The notes under the pieces: generated by a model
The model's database searches: none
Told to the model about the DNA's origin: nothing
Seen by the model: only the letters and a program-made list of their open reading frames with translations
Origin: Vulcanimicrobiota bacterium
GTDB lineage: Bacteria; Vulcanimicrobiota; Xenobia; Xenobiales; JADMJV01
Assembly: GCA_050250895.1 (NCBI GenBank)
Contig: JBFWNU010000002.1
Coordinates: forward strand, 32,001-96,000
Direction of reading: 5' to 3'
DNA length: 64,000 bases
Position numbers and translations under genes: made by a program
Shown here: one piece after another, positions 19,270-29,531 of the stretch
How the letters are laid out: each line of letters starts with the position of its first letter
How positions within the stretch are numbered: the first letter of the stretch is position 1

Positions 19270-22200
19270 CTAGAGCGGCTGACTGTCGGGTTCGCCGGGC
19301 GGAGCCTGGAGCAGCGTCGCCAGGATGTCGGCAAGATCCATGAGTTGCTCGACCTCTCCCTGCTCGAAGGCGTCGGGGGTTGCATCGCCCAGCCTTAAGA
19401 CGCCCAGCAAGGTATCCTGATAGGTGAGGGGCAAAGCGACCGACGACTGGTCATTCTGACGCCTCACCAGCGGGGCTAGGAGCCGGCCTTGCCAGTGCAA
19501 TTCTGGGCCGGCACGAAAGCGGCTTTCAGGCCCCTTCGGCGACAGCTCCAGCTCTGACCAGGCGTAGCCTGCTTCTTCTGTCAGCCAGCCGCACAGTTGC
19601 TCGGTCAGTTCCTGTTGAGGGCAGCCGCGAGCTATTGCGAGGGCTAGCCTGGCGAGTACCTTTTGCAGTCCTCGGGCCTGGATTAGAGCCCGGTGGGGAT
19701 GGGACTGATGGCGCTGGCCCTCAGGGTCGACCAGCACTGCCACTAACCCGCTGGGCTCGCCCCCCTCGCGGCCAACCGCCGTAACGTCTAGGGACCAGCG
19801 TTGTAGTGTCCCGTCGGGGCCAGAGTGAAAATAATCCTGCTTCCAGGTGTCTCCGGCCCGCAGCGTGGCCCAGAAATCCTCTAGCGGATGCTCCACAAAA
19901 GGCGGACGACACCCAACCGGCCAGTTAACGGCGGCGGCCGGGTTGGCGTAGAGCACGATTCCCTCGGCATCGGTCAAAAGGGTCGCTGCCGGGCTATTTT
20001 CAACCGTGAGGGAATGAACTCGCAGGCCTTCCTGGACTTGCTTTTGGGAGGTGATATTGAGGAAGGTCAAGACCACCCCCTCGATCACGTTCCCAGAGGT
20101 GCGGTAGGGGAGGATAGACATAGCGTACCAGAGCCCATCCCGGTCCTGGACCTCGCGGTGGCGCGAGGAGAGAGTGCGCAGTACACCTTCCACTTCGGCT
20201 ACCAATCGCTGCTGACTGAAATCTAGACGCGAGGTGATGTCGCCGAAATGCCGTCCCTGGTCGGCGGGAATCAGATGAATGACGCGGCCGGCCGCTGGCG
20301 TATAGCGGGTAATCCGCAACTCGTTATCGAGAAACACGACGGCGATTTCCAGGCTGCTGAGCAGGTTGCTGAGCAGGTTGCTGAGGTCATCGTTGGACCG
20401 CGTCGACTCCTCGATCTTTGTCTGCAACTCCGAGTTGAGGGTAATCAATTCCTCGTTGACCGACTGCAACTCTTCGCGCGAAGTCTCTAGCTCTTCGACC
20501 GTGCTCTGGAGCTCTTCGTTGGCCGACTGCAACTCTTCGTTGGTGGACTGTAGCTCCTCATTGGTGGTCTCCAACTCCTCGATGGTCGTCCTTAGATACT
20601 CTCGGGTGGCGTGAAGCTCTTTCTCTAACTCCAGCAACTGGTCTGCCCCGGCCGCCTCGAGCCGCTCATGGCCGTGGGGCGCAAGGACTTCCACCTCGGT
20701 TCGTGCCGGCTCACTTTGAAAGAGAATCAGTAACCGGGTCGCCGGCAACTCATCCTCGTCCTCGAGGGGTTCCACCGTCACCCTCACCCTCTGTGAAAGC
20801 CCTCCGCTCACAAGATAAACGCTGCGGGAGGTCAAGGGCCGCCCATCGGCCCTCACTCGAGTAACGATGGACATCATCTCGGGTCGGAGCTCTTCGCGGG
20901 TCATATTGAGCAAGTGCAGGTCGGTCTTGCCCCTCAGCGGCTCGAGGAAAGGAGCCGTCATGCCGTGGGTATAGAGGATTTCGCCACGGGCGTCAACCAC
21001 CAGGGCCGGAGGACAGTGGCGGGTCAGCAATTTGCGCTCTAGCAATTCTCGCAGGGGCCTTTTGGTCGGGACCTTGCGGGTGGCCATGGCCACCGCTGTT
21101 CGTTGTCTGGGAATCAGCGTCAGGGCGGCGCGAACCGAAGCATCGCCAACGCGTTGGTAGATCTTCCACTTCTTATCGATGGGGCGAAACAGGTGCTCGC
21201 AACCACCCACCGATTCGGAGTTGCCCAGGAAAAGGTAGCCCTCGGGTTTGAGAGCGTAGTGGAATAGCTCGATCACTTTCTGCTGGAGATCTGGTCTTAG
21301 ATAGATCAGCAGGTTGCGGCAGCTGATCAGATCGAGGTGGGAGAACGGCGCATCCTTAATCACGCTGTGCTCGGAGAAGACGATCGGCTCTCGCAGCAAA
21401 GGCTTCACGCGGTAGCCGCCCTCTCCCTTTTGGAAGAATTTGTTGAGGCGAGCCTCGGATACATCCAGGGCGATTCCGGTAGGATACTCCCCTTCGCGGG
21501 CCCGCTGCAAAGCGTCGTGATCGATATCGCTTGCGAAAAGCGCCAGTCTGAGGCGGCGATCTAGGGACTCCAAGCGCTCCTGAGCGAGGATGGCCAGAGA
21601 ATAGACTTCTTCGCCGGTGGAGCAACCCACCACCCAGATCCTGACCGGGTCAGTCGCCGACCGGTCCGGGTGGATGAGGGCCGGCAAGACCGACTTTTCC
21701 ACCGCAGCAAATGCCTCAGGGTTCCGAAAGAAACTGGTCACTCCGATCAGGAGTTCACGATGGAGCCTCTCCAGCTCGTGCGGGTGACTTTGTAGAAAGA
21801 GCAGATAGTCATCCGGAGAATCCACACGGTTGACCATCATCCGTCGCTCGATCCGTCGCCCCACCGTGTTGTCCTTGTAGCCTGAAAAGTCGTGACCGGT
21901 GTGGTCCCGAAGCAACAAGAGCGCCTTGGCGTAAGAAGTTTTGGAGGCTTTGGCCCGGCTAATTCTCAGCCGGACCCTGTCGCCACCAAAGTGAGCCGCT
22001 AGTTGGCCAGGCATCTGCCCGGGTTCGAGGGTATAGTCTATCAGTCCGGTCTGCAGGGCGTTGCGTGGCATGCTGTCATACGCGGCTCCGCAAGGGTCCT
22101 GCACCATGGTCAATCCGCCGGCGGCGTGGATGTCGGCCAAACCCAGAGTTCCGTCGGAGCCCGCTCCGGAGAGCACGACTCCGGCCCCCAGTTCGGCACA

Positions 22201-22554
22201 GTCATGGGCCAGGGAGCGGAAGAAGACGTCGATAGGCAGTCGCACCGATCGCTCGCTGCGTTGTCGGGGCAAGGTGTAGAGATGGCCTTCGGCCAGGGTC
22301 AGGTACTGGCCCGGGGGAATCACGTAAATGTGGTCGGCCAGAACCGCTACGCCATCCTCGGCCTCGGTGACCGGAAGTTCGGTCCATCTGGCCACCAGGG
22401 TGGTCAGCAGGCTGGGATGAGTGGGTTCTAGATGTTGAATCAAGACGAAGGCGGCGCCGCTCCCTTCGGGGATAGCGCGAATGAACTCCTCGAACGCCTC
22501 GAGGCCCCCGGCCGAGGCTCCAACCCCCACCACCGGAAAAGATGTCTTCGTCAT
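19270..22554 (-). CDS. CheB-CheR fusion protein with coiled coil, PAS and degenerate GAF
   Basis: GASAGG, QHL, PIDVFFRSLA, SGAGSDG (CheB); VTSFFRN, GCSTGEEVYS, DLISCRNLLIY (CheR); ELETTNEELQSTNEELQSANEELQS; no kinase output domain. Confidence 0.93.
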   Translation of the reverse strand: MTKTSFPVVGVGASAGGLEAFEEFIRAIPEGSGAAFVLIQHLEPTHPSLLTTLVARWTELPVTEAEDGVAVLADHIYVIPPGQYLTLAEGHLYTLPRQRSERSVRLPIDVFFRSLAHDCAELGAGVVLSGAGSDGTLGLADIHAAGGLTMVQDPCGAAYDSMPRNALQTGLIDYTLEPGQMPGQLAAHFGGDRVRLRISRAKASKTSYAKALLLLRDHTGHDFSGYKDNTVGRRIERRMMVNRVDSPDDYLLFLQSHPHELERLHRELLIGVTSFFRNPEAFAAVEKSVLPALIHPDRSATDPVRIWVVGCSTGEEVYSLAILAQERLESLDRRLRLALFASDIDHDALQRAREGEYPTGIALDVSEARLNKFFQKGEGGYRVKPLLREPIVFSEHSVIKDAPFSHLDLISCRNLLIYLRPDLQQKVIELFHYALKPEGYLFLGNSESVGGCEHLFRPIDKKWKIYQRVGDASVRAALTLIPRQRTAVAMATRKVPTKRPLRELLERKLLTRHCPPALVVDARGEILYTHGMTAPFLEPLRGKTDLHLLNMTREELRPEMMSIVTRVRADGRPLTSRSVYLVSGGLSQRVRVTVEPLEDEDELPATRLLILFQSEPARTEVEVLAPHGHERLEAAGADQLLELEKELHATREYLRTTIEELETTNEELQSTNEELQSANEELQSTVEELETSREELQSVNEELITLNSELQTKIEESTRSNDDLSNLLSNLLSSLEIAVVFLDNELRITRYTPAAGRVIHLIPADQGRHFGDITSRLDFSQQRLVAEVEGVLRTLSSRHREVQDRDGLWYAMSILPYRTSGNVIEGVVLTFLNITSQKQVQEGLRVHSLTVENSPAATLLTDAEGIVLYANPAAAVNWPVGCRPPFVEHPLEDFWATLRAGDTWKQDYFHSGPDGTLQRWSLDVTAVGREGGEPSGLVAVLVDPEGQRHQSHPHRALIQARGLQKVLARLALAIARGCPQQELTEQLCGWLTEEAGYAWSELELSPKGPESRFRAGPELHWQGRLLAPLVRRQNDQSSVALPLTYQDTLLGVLRLGDATPDAFEQGEVEQLMDLADILATLLQAPPGEPDSQPL

Positions 22555-22559
22555 GGGGG

Positions 22560-24674
22560 CTAAGCCTCCACCGGGCTCAGACTGGGCACCTTCGGAAATA
22601 GGACGCGCACGGTCGTACCCCGGCCGGGGTTGCTCATTACCGACACCTCGCCGTCATGGCTCTTGGCGATGTCTAGCACCTCGGATAGACCTAGACCACG
22701 GCAGTTGGGTTCAGTGGTAAAGAACGGTTCGAAGATGCGGGCTCGGGTGGCCGCATCCATGCCCGCGCCCGTGTCGGCTACCTCTAGATAGGCCAGCTCC
22801 TGACCGTTATGGCGGACCACCCCGCTGCTCAGGGTAATACGCCCCGATTTGGGTTTGATAGCCCGCCCGGCATTCTCCAGCAAATTGTCGACCAGGATAG
22901 CCAGCCGAGCAGGGTCGGCTAACACTTCGGCCCCCCTCGCTAGCGGAAGAAACTCGAGGGTGGCGGGCGCGACCTCACAACGCAGAGAAGGGAGCAAATT
23001 GGCCAGGAGTTCGTCGAGTATTACCGGTTGCTGCTGTCGATGTTCTGGAAAGGCAGCTTGTTGGCATAGCTCGGCGGCCTGTCGCCCGGCTGCTGCGATT
23101 CGTCCGGCCGGCTCGCGTTGGGCGCTGTCGACGGGCAAATCCGTGAGCAGGGTGGCCGCATTCTGTCTAATCTCCTCAAGCCGGGCCATCAAGGGCGGCG
23201 TCACCGGGCCCAGGTGGCGAGCCTGAGTTTCTCGTCGGTGAGCAAGGTCGAGGCGCGCCTGCAGCCTGGCCTGGCTCTCGCGAGCCTGACATAGCAAACT
23301 GATATCGGTTACGGCCAGGCGACGCTCTCTGCCCTGGTCGGCCGGACGCCCCTCCAGCCGGGCCCAGAACCAGCCGGGTTGAGCTTCACGGAGCATCTGG
23401 ACGTCGCCAGGATGGTGAGCCTGCCATTGCTTGCGGAACTTTGGTCTGAGAAGCAATGGGAGAGGTGTGCCCAGCAGTTCCTCGCGGGACCGCCCCAGCA
23501 TGGACGAGACGGTGAGGTTGGCGGCCACCACCAACCCCTCAGAGTCGACTTCAAGATAGCCGATGGGGGCGTGCTGGTAGAGGTCACGGTAGCGGTCGCG
23601 CGCGGCTTCTAGTTCGCCCTGAGCCACCTGGAGCTGCTCGTTCTGGAGCTCCAACTCTAATTGGCGCACCTGCAATTCGTGAAGCAGACCCCCCAGTTCT
23701 TCGGGGCTCATTTCGGCCGCCTCGGCCGCCTCGGCCGGCTCGGAGGGGCGCTTGAGCAAGAGCGCTTGAGCCCGCTCTTTTAGCCGGGAGAAACCGATGT
23801 GGCTGGCTGAAAAGCTGAGGGGAACGCGGATCTCGACGGTCGAACCGCGTCCGGGCCTACTTACGATCGAACATCGACCGCCCAACAGAGTAGCCCGCTC
23901 TCGAAGCGAGGCCAGCCCGATGTGAGACCCGGCCTGCAGAGTGCGCCCTACCTCAAAGCCACGGCCCCGGTCCTCGACTCTGACCCAGGCCTCCTCGTCG
24001 GATTGTCCCAATGATATTCGCGCCTTCTTGGCGCCTGAGTGCTTGATCACGTTTCGGACGCACTCCTGGGTCACGCGGTAGAGGTTGCTGCGAATGGCCG
24101 GAGGGAATGAATCGCCCGGGAGAAGGTGGTTGTCGAATTCGAACTCGAGGGTGGACTCCCTGGTCATTCGCTCCAGGAACTGCCGGATAGCCTGGGCCAG
24201 GCTCATCGCCTCGGCGGAGGGCCGCAGCTCCTCGAGCAGCTTGCGTCCCTCGCGGCTGGCCTCGATGAGACAGTCGTCCACGCTCACCAGTTGCTCATAC
24301 TCGACCGTAGCGCGAGCGACTCTCGAGAGCACTCTCCCGAGCACCATCCGGGCGGCGATGATGCACTGCAAAACACCGTCGTGGACCTCTCGCGAGAGAC
24401 TGCTTCGTTCTTCTTCGCGAGCCTCGACCAGGCGTTCAGAAAGGGAACGATCGCGGTCGGTCGGTCCTTCGACTTTGAAGGTGATCAAGCGCATCTCGAC
24501 TCCGTCGACAAGATGACGCGCCGAGGTCCAATCGAAGGACCTGGTGAGTTCGGTGGGGCCTTCGCGGAAAAGCTCTTGATAGGCGCGGTTACAGTAAACT
24601 GCCGGGTGGCCTTCGGCCAGGACCACCGCCGGGCCGGACGTTTGATCGGCCAGGGCCTGCATTGAGGGGTTCAT
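22560..24674 (-). CDS. tandem histidine kinase (HisKA_3-HATPase - PAS - degenerate HisKA - HATPase)
   Basis: REVHDGVLQ, QECVRNVIKHS, EDRGRGF, IGL; HELQVRQLELELQNEQL..YRDLYQHAPIGY; second HATPase NLLENA, DTGAGM, IFEPFFTT, GLGL; RBS before 24674. Confidence 0.85.
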   Translation of the reverse strand: MNPSMQALADQTSGPAVVLAEGHPAVYCNRAYQELFREGPTELTRSFDWTSARHLVDGVEMRLITFKVEGPTDRDRSLSERLVEAREEERSSLSREVHDGVLQCIIAARMVLGRVLSRVARATVEYEQLVSVDDCLIEASREGRKLLEELRPSAEAMSLAQAIRQFLERMTRESTLEFEFDNHLLPGDSFPPAIRSNLYRVTQECVRNVIKHSGAKKARISLGQSDEEAWVRVEDRGRGFEVGRTLQAGSHIGLASLRERATLLGGRCSIVSRPGRGSTVEIRVPLSFSASHIGFSRLKERAQALLLKRPSEPAEAAEAAEMSPEELGGLLHELQVRQLELELQNEQLQVAQGELEAARDRYRDLYQHAPIGYLEVDSEGLVVAANLTVSSMLGRSREELLGTPLPLLLRPKFRKQWQAHHPGDVQMLREAQPGWFWARLEGRPADQGRERRLAVTDISLLCQARESQARLQARLDLAHRRETQARHLGPVTPPLMARLEEIRQNAATLLTDLPVDSAQREPAGRIAAAGRQAAELCQQAAFPEHRQQQPVILDELLANLLPSLRCEVAPATLEFLPLARGAEVLADPARLAILVDNLLENAGRAIKPKSGRITLSSGVVRHNGQELAYLEVADTGAGMDAATRARIFEPFFTTEPNCRGLGLSEVLDIAKSHDGEVSVMSNPGRGTTVRVLFPKVPSLSPVEA

Positions 24675-24889
24675 CAATAGCCCCTTCCTGACCGCAACGG
24701 TCGAACTCGCCGATTGGAATCTCTCAAGCCAGATTTCAAGCCGTCGAGGCCGAATGCCTCTACGGCCTCCCAAAGTTTGCGGGCTGGCTCCATAATCGCT
24801 ACCCGAAGGCCTCGCCAGGTACGCAAATATGCCGTCGCAGTACAGGTATACTGCGTCGGCGGCCGCCGTGCGGCGAGAACTGATCGGCG

Positions 24890-25105
24890 TTACTTGGGTT
24901 TTCGCGAGAATAGATGATAGGTCGGATTTGGCTCCGTGGAGCGGTGCTCCTCCGGTGGCTCGTCTGGCCGACTCGCTTCTACTAGTCGAAGCGCCACTCC
25001 AACCAGCGACACTACGAGCAGGATATGGACATACCAGCCCAGCAACCCGCTAATCATTCCCAATAACCACAACGCCAGGAGAATTCCCAGGACAGTGTTT
25101 GACAT
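24890..25105 (-). CDS. small membrane protein, lmo0937/DUF5670-like
   Basis: LLALWLLGMISGLLGWYVHILLVVSLV motif; GAGG RBS. Confidence 0.7.
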   Translation of the reverse strand: MSNTVLGILLALWLLGMISGLLGWYVHILLVVSLVGVALRLVEASRPDEPPEEHRSTEPNPTYHLFSRKPK

Positions 25106-25179
25106 AGGTCGACCTCTTCCGCGAGCCGTTCGCTCTGAAACGGACTCGTACTGAGCTTAGACCCTCTGGGGAGGCAAAC

Positions 25180-25230
25180 ATAGGCATTTTGTAATGCCTA
25201 TTCAGTAACCGAATACCTTGATTAGGGTAT
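25180..25230. promoter_or_regulatory. paired inverted repeats in the divergent promoter region
   Basis: Perfect ATAGGCATT-TTGT-AATGCCTAT (25180-25201) and ATACCTTGATTAGGGTAT (25213-25230). Confidence 0.5.
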
Positions 25231-25342
25231 CGGGAACCTTTGGTGGGTAGCGAGGGTCTGCTAGGCTCTTGGTAGAGCGGCTCTCGATCCCGGGGCCCAC
25301 AACCCTGATGAGGGAAGTTCTTTCAAGGAGAAGCACATCGTT

Positions 25343-25867
<525 letters not shown>

Positions 25868-25868
25868 G

Positions 25869-27689
25869 TCAGCCGTCTGGTCCCAGGTCTTTGTTCGGGG
25901 GAGGAGTCAGGGCCAGCACTCTGTCGCCGGGTCGCGAACGAGCGGCCGAGTCGCTAGAGACCACCTCCCAACTCCCGTCTTCTCTCAAGACGAAGAGCGG
26001 GGCGGCCGAAGAAGTCGCTTCGTGTTGGTCCTGCAGTTCCAGGACTTCTGGTCGCCAGCCTTGCTCCCAGGCCTGTTCGAACTCTCCTTGCGTTAGGCGC
26101 GAGAATTGACGCCCTACCGCCCCCGGATTCTGGTCCTGGCTGCAAAGGCGAAAGACGTGACTCCGCCCGAGCCCCTGGCGGTAGCGCAAGACGGCCAGTG
26201 TGTTTACCTGTTCATTTGGGGTGAGCGCGATGACTGTGGCCACTCCCGCGATGTCCAAGCGCAGTCTGAGGGCTTCACTCAGGATATCACCCTGGTGGGC
26301 GGAAAGCCCCTCCAGGGTGGCTAGAGCGACATTGTAAGCACTCGAGTCTACCAGGCAGACCTCGACTCCTTCGTCATGCAGCAGCCGCGCCAGGGCTCGG
26401 GCCGGCTCGTGGCTGCCTACCAGCAAAAGGGTTCCGAGTCCGGAGCTGGTCAAGCCCAGGAGGCGGGACAGCGGTCCCGCCAGCAGTCCCGAGAAGGCCG
26501 CGTTGGCGGCGATGACCAGAAAGGTGATGGTCACGAGATCCTCGGCCCTCGGGTAGCCTAGCACACCCAACTCAAGGGCGAACACGGAGGCTACCGCGGC
26601 AGCTACAATACCGCGGGGACCGATACACGCGAGCAGCAACCTCTCTCGCCAGCTGAGGCCGCTTCCCAGGGTGGCTATCAGGACGGCCGCCGGTCTCAGG
26701 CAGAAGATGACCACCACCACGAATAGGAACCAGCGGGCCTGGGAGGTCATCAGAGACTCCCATTTCAGACGTGCCGTGAGGGTGATGAACAGGATGGAGA
26801 TCAAAAGGACGCTGAGGTTCTCTTTGAATTCCATCAGGTGGCTCAATTCCAGTCCCTTTTGGTGGGCGAGGTACATTCCAAGCAGGGTCACCGAGAGCAG
26901 CCCGCTCTGCGGCTGTAGGCGATCGCTGAGCGCGAACAAGAGGAGCACCAGGCCGAGCACCAGGGGGGCCTGCAGGTGATCAGGGATCCAATAACGTCGT
27001 AGGCAGCGGGCCAGGGGCCAACCAACAGCCAGAGCCCCGATGACTCCGATGACCAGGGTCCTCAGCACGCCACCCGCTGCGATCACGCCTGCTTGAGCCA
27101 GGCTGCCAGAGCGGATCCCTTCAAAAACCAGCAGGGCCAATACTGCACCCATAGGGTCATTGAGCATGCCCTCCCAGCGCAACAAAGAGCCTACTCTGCC
27201 TCCCAGACCCACCTGGCGAAGCATAGGTAGTATGACGGTTGGACCTGTGACCACCAGGACCGCTCCCAGCAGCAAAGCGACTTCAAAGGACAGGCCGAGC
27301 AAAACGATTGCCGCTGCCGTCGCGCCGGCCCAGGTCACCAGCGAACCGAGAAGCACTAACCGCCAGACGCTGTGAGCCAGGTCTGGTTCTCTGAGGTCGA
27401 TCATTCTCAGGTTCAGGCCTCCCTCAAAGAGAATGACCGCGACCCCTAGCGCCACCATCGGATGCAGAAGCTCTCCGACCATCCGGTCGGGATCGAGCCA
27501 GCCCGTCACCGGGCCTGCCAGTAGGCCGGTGCCAAGCAAGGTCAATATGGCTGGCCAGCGCATTTTCCAGGCCAGCCATTGGGAGCAGACTCCCAGCAGA
27601 AGGATCGAGGCCAGGGGGAGCAGCGGGTAGGGCTCTACGACCCCCAGAACCAGGCTCCGCGCGCAATTGGTAATAAGCGATCCCAACAA
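25869..27689 (-). CDS. CPA1/NhaP-type cation:proton antiporter with TrkA-N domain
   Basis: ILFEGGLNL, VVTGPTVILP, WEGMLNDPMGA, FKENL, GPRGIVAAAVAS; C-terminal Rossmann-like segment; start uncertain. Confidence 0.9.
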   Translation of the reverse strand: MLGSLITNCARSLVLGVVEPYPLLPLASILLLGVCSQWLAWKMRWPAILTLLGTGLLAGPVTGWLDPDRMVGELLHPMVALGVAVILFEGGLNLRMIDLREPDLAHSVWRLVLLGSLVTWAGATAAAIVLLGLSFEVALLLGAVLVVTGPTVILPMLRQVGLGGRVGSLLRWEGMLNDPMGAVLALLVFEGIRSGSLAQAGVIAAGGVLRTLVIGVIGALAVGWPLARCLRRYWIPDHLQAPLVLGLVLLLFALSDRLQPQSGLLSVTLLGMYLAHQKGLELSHLMEFKENLSVLLISILFITLTARLKWESLMTSQARWFLFVVVVIFCLRPAAVLIATLGSGLSWRERLLLACIGPRGIVAAAVASVFALELGVLGYPRAEDLVTITFLVIAANAAFSGLLAGPLSRLLGLTSSGLGTLLLVGSHEPARALARLLHDEGVEVCLVDSSAYNVALATLEGLSAHQGDILSEALRLRLDIAGVATVIALTPNEQVNTLAVLRYRQGLGRSHVFRLCSQDQNPGAVGRQFSRLTQGEFEQAWEQGWRPEVLELQDQHEATSSAAPLFVLREDGSWEVVSSDSAARSRPGDRVLALTPPPNKDLGPDG

Positions 27690-27912
27690 GGTAGCTCCAT
27701 TCTAAACCGGCAACCGGCAGGAAGAAATATCCGGAGGTCCTCGGCAAGGAGTACTCTTGTACCACGCCACTTCAATCGACCAGCCAGGGATACCATGCAC
27801 CAAAGTACCCCCGGGTCTTCAAGCCGACCCCGGGTTGCTCTATGGTCAAGGAGCGAGGAACCGAAGGTGATCGGGTCTCGCTGCTCTCGCAGAAGAGGCA
27901 TTGGAGGTTAGG

Positions 27913-28191
27913 ATGTCCGTTCTCGGCTGGTTGGTCTTGCTGGTGTTGGCTGCCATAGGCGGTGATATGGCACGCGTGTTCTTTCCCGGGCGACTGCCGG
28001 GGGGATTCCTCGTTGCGATGACGCTGGGGTTCGCGGGAGCCTGGCTTGGCGTCGAAGTGGCGGGTGCCTTCGGGCCGTCTCTGGGCGGGGTGCCCCTGTT
28101 GCCGGCGGTCCTGGGGTCGGTGATTACGGTTGCCTGGGCTTGTCTGGTCTCTGGCAGGGTTCAGACAAAGAAATGCGGAGCGCGTCGCTGA
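27913..28191 (+). CDS. GlsB/YeaQ/YmgE-family membrane protein (second paralogue)
   Basis: GGAGG RBS; PGRLPGGFLVAMTLGFAGAWLG..FGPSLGGVPLLPAVLGS, clearly similar to 15678..15941. Confidence 0.8.
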   Translation: MSVLGWLVLLVLAAIGGDMARVFFPGRLPGGFLVAMTLGFAGAWLGVEVAGAFGPSLGGVPLLPAVLGSVITVAWACLVSGRVQTKKCGARR

Positions 28192-29426
28192 CCGAGCCGT
28201 CCCTTCATATCGCACACTACACCAATGTGTACAAGCCGGTAATCAATGGCGTGGCCGTCTCGGTCGAGAGCTTTCGCAATAGCTTGCTGGCCAAGGGCCA
28301 TCAGGTCTACGTCTTCGCGCCCGAGTCTCCCGAGCAATTGCCGCCCGAGCGGTTCGTCATTCGCTACCCGGCCTTCGACCTGCCCATTCAGAAGTATCCC
28401 CTGGTGGTGCCGATTTCTCCCTTCGCCGATCTGTTCATCGAAACCGCCATGCCGGATGTCCTCCATGCTCACCATCCGTCGATGCTGGGCCGGGCCGCAG
28501 TCAACCACTCCGAGCGCCATGAACTTCCGCTGGTCTTTAGCTACCACACCCGCTATCATGACTATGCCCACTACGCCCAGCCGTTCCCTAAGGACCGGGT
28601 GCGCGAGCTAATCACTCACTGGCTGGGTCACTTCATGGCTTCCTGCCATCACCTGGTCGTGCCCAGTGAAAGTATCCGAGAGTTAGTGGCCCGAATCTAC
28701 GGTATCGAGAAGCAGGTCTCGGTAGTGGCCACCGGCATCGACCCGGCTCGCTTCGAGCCGGGCAGAAAACTAGAGTTTCGTGGCCGGTTTGGTTGGGAGC
28801 CGGACGAAGTCGTTTTCGTGAGCTGTGGACGCCTGGCCGAGGAGAAGAACTTCGAGTTGCTCCTCAAAGCGTTCTCACTCTTGCCCGAGACCCCTCGCTG
28901 GCGACTGGCGGTGCTGGGGGAGGGTGACCATCGAGGGGCTCTGTTGGCTCTGCGAGATAGCCTCGGCCTTCAGGCGCGCGTCGAGTTTCTGGGACTGATT
29001 GCTTCGTCTCAGGTCCCCAGCTATCTGGCCGCGGCCGACGTGTTCTGCTTCGCCTCGGTGACCGAAACCCAGGGACTGGTCACCCTCGAGGCGATGGCCA
29101 GCGGGGCGGCCGTGGTCGCTGTCGACGCCTCGGGAACCCGAGATGCCGTGGACGACGGCGTGGATGGGCTCCTGACCAGGGTTAGCGCGGATGCGCTCGC
29201 CCAGGGGCTGCGGGCCCTTCTCGAGCAGCCCGAACTCCGCCTGAAGTTGGCCGCCAGCGCCCTGGACAAAGCCCACCAATACCGCCTGGAGAATCAGACC
29301 GATAAGCTGGTCGAGGTCTACCGGTGTGCTCAGGACGCGTGCCGGGCCAGGCGCCGTCTGCACCCCCACCTGCACAGTCACTGGGAGGCTTTTCTCGACT
29401 TCTTCCGGGTCTCTTCACCCTTTTAG
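28173..29426 (+). CDS. GT4 glycosyltransferase (1,2-diacylglycerol glucosyltransferase-like)
   Basis: YTNVYKPVINGVAVSV, YHTRY, GRLAEEKN, FASVTETQGLVTLEAMASG. Confidence 0.9.
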   Translation: MRSASLTEPSLHIAHYTNVYKPVINGVAVSVESFRNSLLAKGHQVYVFAPESPEQLPPERFVIRYPAFDLPIQKYPLVVPISPFADLFIETAMPDVLHAHHPSMLGRAAVNHSERHELPLVFSYHTRYHDYAHYAQPFPKDRVRELITHWLGHFMASCHHLVVPSESIRELVARIYGIEKQVSVVATGIDPARFEPGRKLEFRGRFGWEPDEVVFVSCGRLAEEKNFELLLKAFSLLPETPRWRLAVLGEGDHRGALLALRDSLGLQARVEFLGLIASSQVPSYLAAADVFCFASVTETQGLVTLEAMASGAAVVAVDASGTRDAVDDGVDGLLTRVSADALAQGLRALLEQPELRLKLAASALDKAHQYRLENQTDKLVEVYRCAQDACRARRRLHPHLHSHWEAFLDFFRVSSPF

Positions 29427-29470
29427 GGAGCACCAAGGCCATTCGCACCTTGCCGAAAAGCGCGACAGAC

Positions 29471-29490
29471 TTGACACATCGTGCTAAGAT
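29471..29490 (+). promoter_or_regulatory. putative promoter TTGACA-N8-TAAGAT with extended -10 TG
   Basis: gacTTGACAcatcgTGcTAAGAT upstream of the helicase; non-canonical spacing. Confidence 0.4.
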
Positions 29491-29531
29491 GCAAGCACTA
29501 TCGCCGTTCACGGCAGTTTGGAAAATTCCCC

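Noticed and set aside
20353-20385. 12-bp tandem duplication (NLLSNLLS) in CheB-CheR
   Set aside because: Small in-frame slippage with no evident consequence.
19270-22554. Chemotaxis operon
   Set aside because: No cheA, cheW, cheY or MCP; it is the stand-alone CheB-CheR fusion type.
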